Below are positions 22,900 through 35,789 of a stretch of DNA of 64,000 nucleotides, piece after piece (positions within the stretch are counted from its first letter, which is position 1; the number at the start of each line of letters is the position of its first letter). A program made the position numbers and the translations under genes. Where the stretch lies: positions 75,640,001 to 75,704,000 of the forward strand of contig JBNRSN020000020.1 in the NCBI GenBank assembly GCA_051313645.2. The letters run 5' to 3'. This DNA comes from Centroscyllium fabricii (taxonomy: Eukaryota). The notes beneath the pieces were generated by a model. It was given only the letters and a program-made list of their open reading frames with translations. It was not told the origin of the DNA and did no database searches.

Positions 22900-25261
22900 T
22901 TAAAAACTTTGAGTCTGGGGGGGGGGTGAATGGATGGAACAGTTCATAATGAGTCTGTCTGGCGGTCGTGTCTTTCTGGCGGACCGCTGGAGCTCCGGTG
23001 TTGGTGGTGATGCCTCCACGGTCGAATAGCCCGCATCTGTCGGCGCTGTGGCTTCTGGACGTGGTGGGCTTGGCTGGGCCTCGGCGTCTGGGGCGTAGTC
23101 AGGGAAACTCGGGGTCCATCTGTCAGTTGGTTGGTCATCCTGCTGGCCAGCAGGAGGCGCTGTGGTGGTGTTTCCGGCCGGGGCCAGGTCCCTGATGGAC
23201 ACGGTGTCCTCACGCCCGTCTGGGAACTGCACAAAGGTGTAGTGCAGGTTGGCGTGTAGGAGCTGTACCTTGTCCACCAGGGGGTCCGTCTTGTGGTTCC
23301 GGACGTGCCTTTTAAGGAAAACCGGCCCCGGAGTCGTCAGCCATGGGGGGAGTGCCGTCCCCGAAGTCGACTTCCTGTTAAAGGAAAAAATAAGATCGTG
23401 CGGGGTGGCGTTAGTAGCAGTACATAACAGTGATCGGATAGAGTGCAGCGCATCTGGGAGGACTGCCTGCCAATGGGACACTGAAAGGTCTCTGGACTTG
23501 AGAGCCAGGGTGACCGCCTTCCAAATGATCCCATTCTCCCTTTCTACCTGGCCGTTCCCCCGGGGGTTATAACTGGTCGTTCTGCTCGTGGCAACCCCTT
23601 TCTGGAGCAGAAACTGGCGCAGTTCATCGCTCATGAACGACGACCCCCGGTCGCTATGGATGTAGCTGGGGAGACCGAAAATGGTGAACAGCGTGGTGAA
23701 GTGTTTTATCACCGTGGCGCTCATCATATCTGGGCAGGGGAAGGCGAAGGGGAAGCGGGAGAACTCATCCACTACCGTGAGGAAGTATGAGTTGCGGTCG
23801 GTGGAAGGAAGGGGGCCTTTGAAGTCTACGCTGAGACGTGCAAAGGGGCGGGTGGCCTTGATGAGGCGCGCCGTGTCTGGCCGGAAAAAGTGGGGTTTGC
23901 ACTCGGCACAGACAGGGCACCCTTGGGTCATAGCCTTGATCTCCGTGATGGAGTAGGGGAGGCTACGGGATTTGACGAAATGGGCGAGTCTGGTGACACC
24001 CGGGTGGCAAAGGCGGTCGTGGAGGTCCTTCAGCCGGTCGAGCTGGGCACTGGCGCACGTTCCCCTGGACAGTGCGTCCGGGGGTTCGTTGAGTTTGCCT
24101 GGTCGGTAAAGAATGTCATACTCGTAAGTCGAGAGTTCGATCCGCCACTGCAGGATCTTATCATTCTTGATTTTACCCCGTAGTTTATTATTAAACATAA
24201 ACGCTACCGACCGTTGGTCGGTGAGCAGGGTAAAACGCTTACCGGCCAGGTAATGACGCCAGTAGCGCACGGCCTCCACAATGGCCTGGGCCTCCTTTTC
24301 CACTGCTGAGTGGCGAGTTTCGGGTCCCTGTAAGGTGCGGGAGAAAAACGCTACGGGCCTGCCTGCCTGATTCAGGGTGGCGGCAAGGGCAAAGACCGAA
24401 GCGTCGCTCTCCACCTGGAAGGGGATGGATTCATCAACAGCGAGCATGGTCGCCTTGATAATATCTTCCTTTATCCTTGCGAATGCCTTTTGGGCTTCTA
24501 CCGAAAGGGGGAAGACGGCAGCCTTGAGGAGTGGTCTAGCCTTATCTGCAAACTGTGGGACCCATTGTGCATAATAGGAGAAAAATCCTAGGCATCTCCT
24601 CAAGGCTTTGGGATTGTGAGGTAGGGGCAGTTCTAGCAGGGGTCGCATACGCTGTGGGTCGGGGCCGAGGAGCCCGTTCTCCACCACGTATCCGAGGATG
24701 GCGAGCCGGTCTGTATTAAAGACACATTTGTCTTTGTTATACGTAAGGTCCAGCTTAGCCGCCGTGTCGAGGAATTTGGCCAGATTGGCATCGTGGTCCT
24801 GCTGGTCGTGGCTGCAGATGGTCACGTTGTCCAGGTAGGGGAAAGTGGCCTGCAAGTCATTCTGGTCAATCATGCGGTCCATCTCCCATTGGAACACGGA
24901 CACTCCATTGGTCACGCCAAAGGGGACCCGGAGGAAGTGGTAGAGCCGACCGTTCGCCTCGAAGGCGGTGTAGGGGCGGTCAGCTTTCCGAATCGGGAGC
25001 TGGTGATACGCCGATTTAAGGTCGATTGTGGAGAAAACCTTGTACTGGGCGATCTGGTTGACCATTTCCGAGATGCGGGGAAGGGGGTAGGCGTCGAGCC
25101 CGGTGTAGCGGTTGATAGTCTGGCTGTAGTCGATAACCAGCCGCTGTTTCTCCCCAGACTTCACCACTACAACTTGGGCGCGCCAGGGGCTGGTGCTGGC
25201 TTCAATAATCCCCTCCTTCAGCATCCGCCCGACCTCCGACCTGATAAACGTGCGGTCCCCC
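22900..25261 (-). CDS. Element A pol, RT-RNase H-integrase part (separated from gag-PR by element B)
   Basis: IDLKSAYHQ, YLDN, ESDAS, HHCC and DDE motifs. Rejoins 'RRYSEG|DRTFIRSEV' across the insertion. Confidence 0.9.
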
Positions 25262-25543
25262 TGTAGTGAACCCAATTAAAGAGGCTACGAGTTTGTACCG
25301 AACAATAAGGCTTTTAATTACTAAATAATGGAGCTACACTCCAGGCAACAATCATAACAGAACTGGGTGGAGCCCCGGTCAGACCACACCTATATAGAGC
25401 CCCACAAGGGGAGGAGTCGGGGGTGTGGCTGATCTGGCTCCCAACAAGATCACAGTAAAACAGGGCTGTGCCTAACATCAGCACAGCCCACAATCAATCC
25501 CGGCAACACAGCAGTGGGATACAGTACAATACGATTACCACAT

Positions 25544-28500
25544 TCACCCCTTGTTAAAAACTTTGAGTCCAGGGGGGGGCGAATGGATGGAACAGTTCAT
25601 AATCAACCATTCCGGCGGTCGTCTCTTCCTGGAGGACTGTCGGCGCACCAGTGTAGAAGGTGATGCCTCCCTGGTGGAATGGTCCGCCTCTGCCGGCACT
25701 GTGACTTCCGGTGGCGGAGTGCTCGTTGGATCGCAGTCAGGGGAACTCGGGGGCAATCCTGTGTCTGGTGGGTGAACAACTTGGTGGCCGGCGGGGGGTG
25801 CTGTCGTGGTGTTTCCGGCCGGGGCCAGGTCCCTGATGGACACGGTGTCCTCACGCCCGTCTGGGAACTGCACGAAGGCGTAGTGCGGGTTGGCGTGAAG
25901 TAGCTGTACCTTGTCCACCAGGGGGTCCGTTTTGTGGCTCCGGACGTGCCTCCTAAGCAAAACCGGCCCTGGAGTCGTCAGCCATGGGGGAAGGGCTGTT
26001 CCAGAAGTGGACCTCCTGTGGAAGGAAAAAACGAGATCATGCGGAGTGGCGTTAGTAGCTGTACACAACAGTGACCGGATAGCGTGCAGCGCATCTGGGA
26101 GGACTGCCTGCCAATGGGATACTGGACGGCCTCTGGACTTGAGAGCCAGGGTGACCGCCTTCCAAATGATCCCATTCTCCCTTTCTACCTGGCCGTTCCC
26201 CCGGGGGTTATAACTGGTCGTTCTGCTCGTGGCAACCCCTCTCTGGAGCAGATACTGGCGCAGTTCATCGCTCATGAACGATGACCCCCGGTCGCTATGG
26301 ATGTAGCCGGGGAGACCGAAAATGGCGAACAGCGTGGTGAAGTGTTTGATCACCGTTGCGCTCGTCATATCTGGGCAGGGGAAAGCGAAGGGGAAGCGGG
26401 AGAACTCATCCACTACCGTGAGGAAGTATGAGTTGCGGTCGGTGGAGGGAAGGGGGCCTTTGAAATCAACGCTGAGACGTTCAAAGGGGCGGGTGGCCTT
26501 GATGAGGTGCGCCGTGTCTGGCCGGAAAAAGTGTGGTTTGCACTCAGCACAGACAGGGCACTCTCGGGTTATATCCTTTATCTCCGTGATGGAGTAGGGG
26601 AGACTACGAGATTTAACGAAGTGGGCGAGTCTGGTGACACCCGGGTGGCAAAGGCGATCGTGGAGATCCTTCAGCCGGTCTAGCTGGGCACTGGCGCACG
26701 TTCCCCTGGACAGTGCGTCCGGGGGTTCATTGAGTTTACCTGGTCGGTAAAGAATGTCATACTCGTAAGTCGAGAGTTCGATCCGCCACCGCATGATCTT
26801 ATCATTCTTGATCTTACCCCGTAGTTTATTATTAAACATAAACGCCACCGACCGTTGGTCAGTGAGCAGGGTAAAACGCTTACCGGCCAGGTAATGACGC
26901 CAGTAGCGCACGGCCTCCACGATGGCCTGGGCCTCCTTTTCCACTGCGGAGTGGCGAGTTTCGGGTCCCTGTAAGGTGCGGGAGAAAAACGCTACGGGCC
27001 TGCCTGCCTGATTCAGGGTGGCAGCAAGGGCAAAGTCCGAAGCGTCACTCTCCACCTGGAAAGGGATGGATTCATCAACAGCGAGCATGGTCGCCTTGGC
27101 GATGTCTTCCTTAATCCTTGCAAAAGCTGTCTGTGCTTCTGCAGAAAGGGGGAAGGCGACAGCCTTGAGGAGTGGTCTAGCCTTATCTGCGAACTGTGGG
27201 ACCCATTGTGCATAATAGGAGAAAAATCCTAGACATCTCCTCAAGGCTTTGGGGTTGTGAGGTAGGGGCAGTTCTTGCAGGGGTCGCATACGCTGTGGGT
27301 CGGGGCCGAGGACCCCGTTCTCCACCACGTATCCGAGAATGGCGAGCCGGGCTGTATTAAAGACACATTTGTCTTTGTTATACGTGAGGTCCAGTTTAGC
27401 CGCCGTGTCGAGGAATTTGGCCAGATTGGCATCGTGGTCCTGCTGGTCGTGGCCGCAGATGGTCACGTTGTCCAGGTAAGGGAAGGTGGCCTGCAAGTCA
27501 TGGTGATCAACCATACGGTCCATCTCCCGTTGGAACACGGACACTCCATTGGTCACGCCAAAGGGGACCCGGAGGAAATGGTAGAGCCGACCGTTCGCCT
27601 CGAAGGCGGTGTAGGGGCGGTCGGCTTTCCTGATCGGGAGCTGGTGATACGCCGATTTAAGGTCGATCGTAGAGAACACCTTATACTGGGCGATCTGATT
27701 GACCATTTCCGAGATGCGGGGGAGGGGGTAGGCGTCGAGCCCGGTGTAGCGGTTGATAGTCTGGCTGTAATCGATAACCAGCCGCTGTTTCTCGCCAGAC
27801 TTCACCACCACAACTTGGGCGCGCCAGGGGCTGGTGCTGGCTTCAATTATCCCCTCCTTCAGCATACGCCCGACCTCCGACCTGATAAACGTGCGATCCC
27901 CCTCACTGTACCGCCGACTCTTAGTGGCAATGGGCTTGCACTTCGGATCGAGGTTGGCGAACAGCGAGGGGGAGTCGATTCTCAGGGTGGAGAGGCCGCA
28001 GGCCGGGCTCCGCTTTGGGGTGGAATTGTCCCGGCTACTGACGGTGAGGGAGGGTAAGGTCCCGCCGAACTCCACTGTCACACTCTGGAAGTGGCACTGG
28101 AAATCCAAGCCTAGCAAGGCTGGGGCACACAACTGTCGGAGGGTATACAATTTAAAATTATGGTACACGCGTCCCTTGACGGTGAGCGTGACGGAGCAGT
28201 AGCCGGTAACGTCCGCGGTGTGGGACTGTGAAGCTAGGGAGATTTGGTAGTTAGTGGGCAGGATCTGCAGTCCACAGCGCCGTACGGTATCCGGGTGGAC
28301 GAAACTCTCCGTGCTGCCTGTGTCAAAAAGACAGTCAACATTAAAGTTATTAATTTTTACCGGAATAATCGAGTTGGACAGGGTATGAGGCCTGTCCTGG
28401 TTAACTGTAATTTTGGCTGCAGCAGCCCCTGCTGGCCGGGGCTGTGCACAAGATGATTTTTCCTGAAAACAAAATGGCGCCGTCCCTGCCCCGCACTGTG

Positions 28501-29998
28501 AGGGGCACTGGACCGGAAATAGCATCGCCCCTGCCCCGCACTGTGAGGGGCACTGGACCGGAAATAGCGTCGCCCCTGCCCCGCGCTGTGAGGAGCACTG
28601 GACCGGAAATAGCGTCGCCCCTGCCCCGCACTGTGAGGGGCACTGGACCGGAAATAGCGTCGCCCCTGCCCCGCACTGTGAGGGGCACTGGACCGGAAAT
28701 AGCATCGCCCCTGCCCCGCGCTGTGAGGAGCACTGGACCGGAAATAGCGTCGCCCCTGCCCCGCACTGTGAGGGGCACTGGACCGGAAATAGCGGCGCCC
28801 CTGCTCCGCGCTGTGAGGGGAAACCCCGTACATCAAATGGCGCCATTTCTGACTGTGAGGGGAAACCCCGTACATCGGATGGCTTTGTCTCTGCACCGCA
28901 TGTGGTCGGGCCTCTGGTGCTAAGAGATGTCTCTGGCCCGCCCGTGGAGGGACTCTGGCCCTGTGAACGCGCTGGCGGCGCCCGTGGTTCGCACGCAGCG
29001 GACCGCGGTGATCGGGTTGGCGGTGCCCGTGGTTCGCACGCAGCCGGCCGCGTTGAGGGGTCACGCTTGGCCGGCCTTCTCTGCATCAGGTAAGAAGGGG
29101 TGGGGGGTGGGGGCGCTCGTTGTCTACCCCCGTACCGTCGCTGAATCGCGCTGCCAATGCATCTTACCTGGTCGGTGCTCTCACAGGCTGCACTTTTATA
29201 CCTTCGGTTAGGCGCTGGTGGAGATGTTGTTGGACCTGACTTACAGGCTTTAGCGAAGTGCCCCTTCTTTAAGCATTTGATACAGGTCGCTGTCCTGGCT
29301 GGGCATTTCGCTCTCGGGTGCAGTCCTTGGCCGCAGAAGTAGCAGTGCTAGGCTCTAGTGTCTTTAGTGGCCGTCGCGGCCATCGTGGGGCTCTCGGCCC
29401 GTGGCGCCCAGGCTTGGGCCTGTTGTGGCGCGGCCCATACACTGTAGGCTTGCGGGTTTGTGCCGCCATACGCCTGTAGTTTATTATGGGCCCCCTCTAC
29501 CGATCTGGCTAACATGGTCGCCTCCTCGAGGGTCAAATTATCTCTTTCCAGCAGCCTCTGACGGGCCTCTACGCATCGCAGTCCCGTAACATAAGCGTCC
29601 CGAACGAGGAGTTCTTCCTCCTGCGCAATAGTTGTGCCTTTGCAGCCACAGGCCCGCACCAGGGCCAGGAGCGCTTGCTCAAACTCCTCGTTTGACTCAC
29701 CCGGTAGCTGGGATCGGGTCGCTAGCACATGTCGGACGAAGACGGAATGGACCGGGCGCTCGTAGCATTTCTTGAGGATCGCTACGGTGTCCACATAGGT
29801 TGAAGCGTTCATGACGAGGGTGAAAACCCTGCTGGAGATCCTTGATCTCAGGACCTGTAGCTTGTCCCCGTCCGTAGTAGCCTTGGCAGCTGCTGTATAG
29901 GCCTGTAGTAGGCCGAACCAGTGTATGAAGGTAGCCGGTGCAGCGGCATCCTGGGGACTAATGTCCAGCTTCTCAGGCTTCACCGTGCTGCTATCCAT
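25544..29998 (-). CDS. Element B Gag-Pol, one reading frame with a single in-frame TAG at 29348-29350
   Basis: Gag 29998-29348. The frame continues HCYFCGQG...CIKCLKKGHFAKAC into the 1180-aa ORF with FDTGS, YLDN, RH and IN. Confidence 0.9.
28470..28880 (-). repeat. In-frame 42-bp tandem repeat (about 8 full copies plus degenerate ones)
   Basis: Encodes (GAGATLFPVQCPSQC)-like 14-aa units between the zinc knuckles and the protease. Confidence 0.9.
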
Positions 29999-30299
29999 TT
30001 TAAACTAGTAATTAAAATTGTAGTGAACCCAATTAAAGAGGCTACGAGTTTGTACCGAACAATAAGGCTTTTAATTACTAAATAATGGAGCTACACTCCA
30101 GGCAACAATCATAACAGAACTGGGTGGAGCCCCGGTCAGACCACACCTATATAGAGCCCCACAAGGGGAGGAGTCGGGGGTGTGGCTGATCTGGCTCCCA
30201 ACAAGATCACAGTAAAACAGGGCTGTGCCTAACATCAGCACAGCCCACAATCAATCCCGGCAACACAGCAGTGGGATACAGTACAATACGATTACCACA

Positions 30300-32268
30300 C
30301 CCCCTCACTGTATCGCCGACTCTTAGTGGCGATAGGTTTGCACTTTGGGTCGAGGTTGGCGAACAGCGAGGGGGGATCGATTTTCAGGGTGGAGAGGCCG
30401 CAGGCCGGGGTCCGCTTCGGGGGGAGATTGTCCCGGCTACTGAGGGTGAGGGGGGGTAAGGTCCCACCGAACTCCATTGTCACGCTCCTGAAGTGGCACT
30501 GGAAATCCAAGCCTAGTAAGGCTGGGGCACACAACTGTTTGAGGGTATACAACTTAAAGTTATGGTACACGCGTCCCTGGACGGTGAGCGTGACGGAGCA
30601 GTAGCCGGTGACGTCCGCGGTGTGGGACTGTGAAGCTAGGGACACTTGGTAGTTGGTGGGCAGGACCTGCAGTCCGCAGCGCCGCACTGTATCAGGGTGA
30701 ATAAAGCTCTCGGTACTGCCCGTGTCAAGAAGGCAGTCGACAGTATGGCTATTAATAGCGATCGATATTATTGAATTAGACAGGTGATGGGGCCTGCTTT
30801 GACTAACTCTGGTTCTGGCTGCAGCAGTCCCTGCTGATAGGGACTGTGCACAAAATGGCGGCGCCCCTGGCTCGCACATGGAGGGGCCCTGGATGCAAGA
30901 TGGCGTCACCCCTGGCCCGCAGCTGGTGGGACCCCGTATACAAAATGGCGCCGCCCCTGGCTCGCAGATGGAGGGGCCCTGGATGCAAGATGGCGTCGCC
31001 CCTGGCCCGCAGCTGATGGGACCCCGTATACAAAATGGCGCCGCCCCTGGCTCGCACATGGAGGGGTCTAGGTTGTGGAGCGGCGTTTCTGAGGGGCCCT
31101 GACGCACTGGCGGCGCCCGTGATTCGCACGCAGCGAACCGCGGTGAACTCACTGGCGGTACGTTGTGGAGCGGCGTTTCTGAGGGGCCCTGACGCACTGG
31201 TGGCGCCCGTGATTCGCACGCAGCGAACCGCGGTGAACGCGCTGGCGGCGCCCGTGATTTGCACGCAGCGAACCGCGGTGAACGCGCTGGCGGCGCCCGT
31301 GATTCGCACGCAGCGAACCGCGGTGGTCTGGTTGGCGGTGCCCGTGATTCGCACGCAGCCGGCCGCGTTGTAGGGTCGCGCTTGGCCGGTCGCCGCTGCA
31401 TCGGGATGCGGGAAGGGGGGGCTTGCCGTCGCTGGATTGCACTGCAATTGTAGCTTACCTGCTGGTTGCTCTCACAGGCTGCACTGTTGTACCTTTTTGG
31501 AACTGCTGCTGGAGCCGATCTGCAGGCCTTGGCAAAGTGTCCTTTCTTAGCGCATTTTTCGCAGGTCGCAATCCTGGCCGGGCATTTTGCTCTGGGATGC
31601 AATCCTTGGCCGCAGAAGTAACAATGTTTGTGTTTAGTGTCCGTGGTGGCCGTCGCGGCCATCGTGGGGCTCTCGGTCCGTGACGCCTATTGTGGCGCGG
31701 CCCATACATTGTAGACTTGTTGATTTGTGCCACCGTATGTCTGTGATTTGTTACGGGCCCCTTCCACCGATTTAGCTAACATGGTTGCCTCCTCAAGGGT
31801 CAGGTTATCCTTCTCCAGTAACCTCTGACGGGCTACTCCGCATCTTAGTCCAGAAACATAAGCGTCCCTGAGGAGGAGGTCTTCCTCCTGTGCAACAGTC
31901 AATCCGCCCTTGCAGCCACAGGCCCGCACCAGGCCCCGGAGCGCTTGCTCGAACTCATCGTTCGACTCACTGGGTAGCTGAGATCGGGTCGCTACTATGT
32001 GTTGAGCGTAGACGGAATGGACCGGGCGCTCATAGCACTTCTTGAGGGTCGCCACAGTTTCCTCGTAGGTTGTAAGATCCTGGACAAGGGTGAAGACCCT
32101 GCTGGAGATCCTGGATCTCAGGACTTGTAGTTTGTCCTCGTCCTTAGTAGCCTTGGCGGCTGCTGTATAGACCTGTAGTAGGCCGAACCAGTGCTTGAAG
32201 GTAGCTGGTGCCGCGGCATCCTGGGGGCTAACGTCCAGCTCCCTAGGCTTTACCGAGTTGCTCTCCAT
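30300..32268 (-). CDS. Element A gag-protease part with an in-frame TAG at 31687-31689
   Basis: MESNSVKP...WAAPQ*ASRTESPTMAAT...CYFC...LDTGS. Tandem repeats at about 30850-31370. Confidence 0.85.
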
Positions 32269-33049
32269 TTTTAAGTTTAGCAATTAAAATTGTAGCGTAG
32301 TCGCTAGCTCAATTAAAAGGCGACAAGTAAGTACCGAAATACAAGGCTTTTAATTGCTAAAGAATGGAGCTACTCTCCTCCACGAGTTACAGTACAGGAA
32401 TGAATGAACTTGGGTCAGACCACACCTATACCGGGGCCTCACCTGGGGGAGGAGTCGGGGGTGTGGCTGACCTGGTTCTCGGCAGTGTCATAACAAACAG
32501 GGCTGTGCCTAACAGTTGCACAGCCCATTATTAGCAGTGGTTATACAGTGGTAATATAGTGGTAATATAATGGTTACCACACCCCCCACACCCACAACTA
32601 AATTCCATCACAAATGGTACAATGGGCAAAAAAAATGTTGGGGGGAGAAGTGCATGATTTTGTTTAATTGTACAAAAAATCAACCACTGCATTATTGGTT
32701 AAAATGCACAGCTGGCATTAGTTTCAAAATTCAAATTTCAAAATGTCCTCGCCAATATCAAATGTCCTGGCCAATATTTATCCCTCAATCAATACCATTT
32801 AAAAAAACCCAGATCATCTAGTCATTATCACAATGCTATTTGTGGGAGCTTGCTGTGCGCAAATTGGCTGCCGCATTTCCCAAATTACAACAATGACTAC
32901 ACTTCAAAAGTAGTTAATTGACTGTAAAGCACTTTAGGACATCCCGAGGCCGTGAAAGGCGCTATATAAATGCAAGTCTTTCTTTCTTTACCTCTGGTCA
33001 CAGAATCTTCATTCCTCTTAATCTCGGTGGGACCTCAAATATTTTTAGT

Positions 33050-33665
33050 GTCAGTTGTGGCTCAGTGGGTAGCACCCTCGCCTCTGAGTCAGAAGGTTAT
33101 GGGGTCAAGTCCCAGTCCAGATGACACGGTGGTTAGCGCTGCTGCCTCGCAATAAGGAGCTCCTGGGTTTGAATCCTGCTTGGCCCGGGACCTCTCTGCG
33201 TGGAGTTTGCATGTTCTCCCCGTGTTCATGTGGGTTTCCTCCGGGTACTCCGGTTTCTTCCCACCACCCAAAGACATGCAGGTTAGGTGAATTGGAGATA
33301 CTCAAAAAAAAAATTGACCATAAGTATGTGTGTGAGATATCGTTCTTAGAGTTGGGGGTGTCGGGGGATATGGGGAGGGGGGGGTGCTGGGTTTGGATGA
33401 TCAGCCATGATCTCATCAAAATGGCAGAGCAGGCTCGAAGGGCCAAATGGCCTACTCCTGCTCCTATCTTCTGTGTTTCTGTGCAGTGCTGAGAGAGTGC
33501 TGCACTGTCAGAGGTGCCGTCTTTCAGATGAAACATTAAACCGAGGCCCCGTCTGCTCTCTCAGGTGGACATAAAAGATCCCATGGCACTATTTCAAAGA
33601 AGAGCAGGGGAGTTATCCCCGGTGTCCTGGCCAATATTTATCCTTCAACCAACATAACAAAAACA
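33050..33665 (+). mobile_element. SacSINE1-like SINE containing a V-SINE variant (33121-33481, +)
   Basis: The Deu-SINE head and core are interrupted by a tRNA/V/CR1-tail SINE. Confidence 0.75.
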
Positions 33666-33669
33666 TATT

Positions 33670-34442
33670 GGCCCAGAAATTGCAGTGGAGCCTTCGTGCG
33701 GGTGCAGTACCTGCTAGTTGCACTTGCACTGCCCATAATCCGGTTTGCTTTTTTGCACTCAGAAATTGCAGTTAGCCCAGCTTGTCAGAGCTCCGTGCGA
33801 GCTTCATGGGCACCTGAAGGGCGTAATTAGTGCGAGATGGCTTTTGAGACCACCTGATTGGCAGGGAGCTAATCAGTGGAACTAATCCTCCGTTCAAAAC
33901 TTCCACTGAGAAATCTGTGCAAGTTTTCAATGGAGAGATTACCCAAAAGACATCTAAACTCAAAACTAAAATTTTAAAAACACCACATTTTTTTAACATT
34001 ACCCCAACTAACACAAATAACCTATTTTAAAGGAAAAAGAAAAATTTACAGACAAATTTTCAACTTCTAACAGGTCTAACAAAATACTTACCTGTCTTTA
34101 AAGTTATCAACAATTAAAAACCTGAAAAAACAATTAAAATCAATAAAATACACACTTACCAGATAAAAACGGCTACTTACGACTCCTTTTTTCCAGCGTA
34201 GAATCTCCTGGTCTTGGTCCGTGGAAAAAGTTAAAAAAAACACCGGAATGACTGGACGCACCCCGTAGTTCGATGGTTCCTGCGCTAGCCCTCGCAGGAA
34301 CTCTACCCCCCCACCCCCCCCCACCGCTGGCCGGCACAGGAATGACTGAAGCAGCGCAAACGGCTGCTTCCTGCGGGTTTAAGCTCTGGTGCACTCGCAC
34401 CAGAGCTTAAACCCGATACGGGCAGACTGGAATTTCTGGCCC
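33670..34442. mobile_element. PIF/Harbinger-like MITE
   Basis: TIRs GGCCCAGAAATT / AATTTCTGGCCC and a 3-bp TSD (ATT). Near-identical to 43882-44643. Confidence 0.8.
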
Positions 34443-34924
34443 ATTATCTGGTCATTATTATCTTGTTTTGCACACTTTGTGCAAAAATAATATATTGCAG
34501 GACAACGGAGTGTTATAAATTAATTCTTTTATTACAGCATAAGGTCTGATTTACTTCTAGCTGCTCCACTGGGAAAGTGTGGCTTTAGGACCCCATGTTC
34601 CGGAACTTTCCAAACAGTAGCTGTCCTTGCAGAATGCCTGCAGCCAATGACAATTCAGTATGCGAATATTACAATTATCACATTGCTGTTTGTGGGAGCT
34701 TGCTGTGTGCAAATTGGCTGCTGCATTTCCCACATTACAACAGTGATTCCACTCCAAAAGTACTTCATTGACTGTAAAGTGCTTTGAAACGTCCGGCGGT
34801 TGCAAAAGGTGCTATATAAATGCAAGTCTTTCTTTCTTTCTTTAATCCTGTACTCTAGAAGGCTTCCCTTTAACACTGAAGTCTAACTATCTCTTTCCCC
34901 TCCTTCAAGAGCCTCCTCAAACAC

Positions 34925-35340
34925 GGAGCGGCACGGTGGCACAGTGGATAGCACTGTTATCTCACAGCACTGGAGACCCGGGTTCAAATCCAGCCTCGGG
35001 TACTATCTGTGTGGAGTTTGCACATTCTCCCCGTGTCTGCGTGGGTTTCTTCCGGGTGCTCCGGTTTCCTCCCACAGTCCAAAGATGTGCGGGTTAGGTT
35101 GATTGGCCAGGATAAATTGACCCTTAGTGTTAGGGGGATTGAATGTGTGGGGTTACGGGGATAGGGTGGGATATGTGTCGATGCAGGCTCGATGGGGATC
35201 GAGCGATATGGGGAGAGGGCAGGGGCGGGTTACTGGGTTTGGATGATCAGCCATGATCTCATTGAATGGCGGAGCAGGCTCGAAGGGCCGAATGGCCTAC
35301 TCCTGCTCCTAGTTTCTATGTTTCTATGTTTCTATGTTTC
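34925..35340 (+). mobile_element. HE1-like V-SINE
   Basis: Full head, core and tail with a (TTTCTATG)n end. Confidence 0.85.
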
Positions 35341-35789
35341 TACCACTTTCACCACGCCTTTGGTCATCCACCACCACACACCCCCATCCGATTCTCCTGC
35401 TCAGTGTTCATTTTCACCTCTGTGGCATGCCTTTGGACATTTCATGATGTCAAGACGCTATATCAATGCAAGTTGTTTGGAAGGGGTGTTGAGTTTGTAA
35501 CCATATGCAGAACTCTCTCCTGGGCAGATGACTTGGATTTCTAACCAGGCAGTAATTAAGCTGTGCGAACAGGTTACTGTCTGCTGCAGGCTAGATTCCA
35601 TAATGCAGCCACCAGTCTCCGACATTAGATTATTTTCTTTTTAAACAGAAAGAAAAAGATTTGGATTGATAACAAGTAAAAACACAAAGGAAACAGTTTG
35701 GAAATGTTTCTATTGCACTTTATTTCCCCTGCATCATTTGCATGTATAGGTGTTCAGAAAGCTGTATCTCGTCAAAAAAAGCAAACATA

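Larger units (their letters stand above)
25262..30299 (-). mobile_element. Full-length Gypsy LTR retrotransposon (element B), very young
   Basis: 281-bp LTRs at 25262-25542 and 30019-30299 appear identical by eye. TSD CCCCC at 25257-25261 and 30300-30304. Confidence 0.97.
22598..32581 (-). mobile_element. Full-length Gypsy LTR retrotransposon (element A), disrupted by nested element B
   Basis: 291-bp LTRs at 32291-32581 (5') and 22598-22888 (3') with three substitutions visible, TSD CCCCC, and a PPT next to 22888. Confidence 0.96.

Noticed and set aside
27275-28057. Long antisense ORF (260 aa) opposite pol
   Set aside because: A shadow ORF of GC-rich coding sequence. It is not preserved at this length in elements A or 1.
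28470-28880. CRISPR-like regular repeats (also 18900-19030 and 49280-49710)
   Set aside because: These are head-to-tail tandem units with no unique spacers and no cas genes, inside eukaryotic transposons.
22598-32581. Assembly artefact or tandem duplication explaining the two similar pol regions
   Set aside because: Distinct LTR pairs, separate TSDs, many substitutions between the pol copies, and exact rejoining of A's reading frame all indicate a real nested insertion.
34925-35000. tRNA genes at the A/B-box motifs
   Set aside because: Each is fused to a SINE core and LINE-like tail and occurs in many decayed copies, so they are SINE heads.
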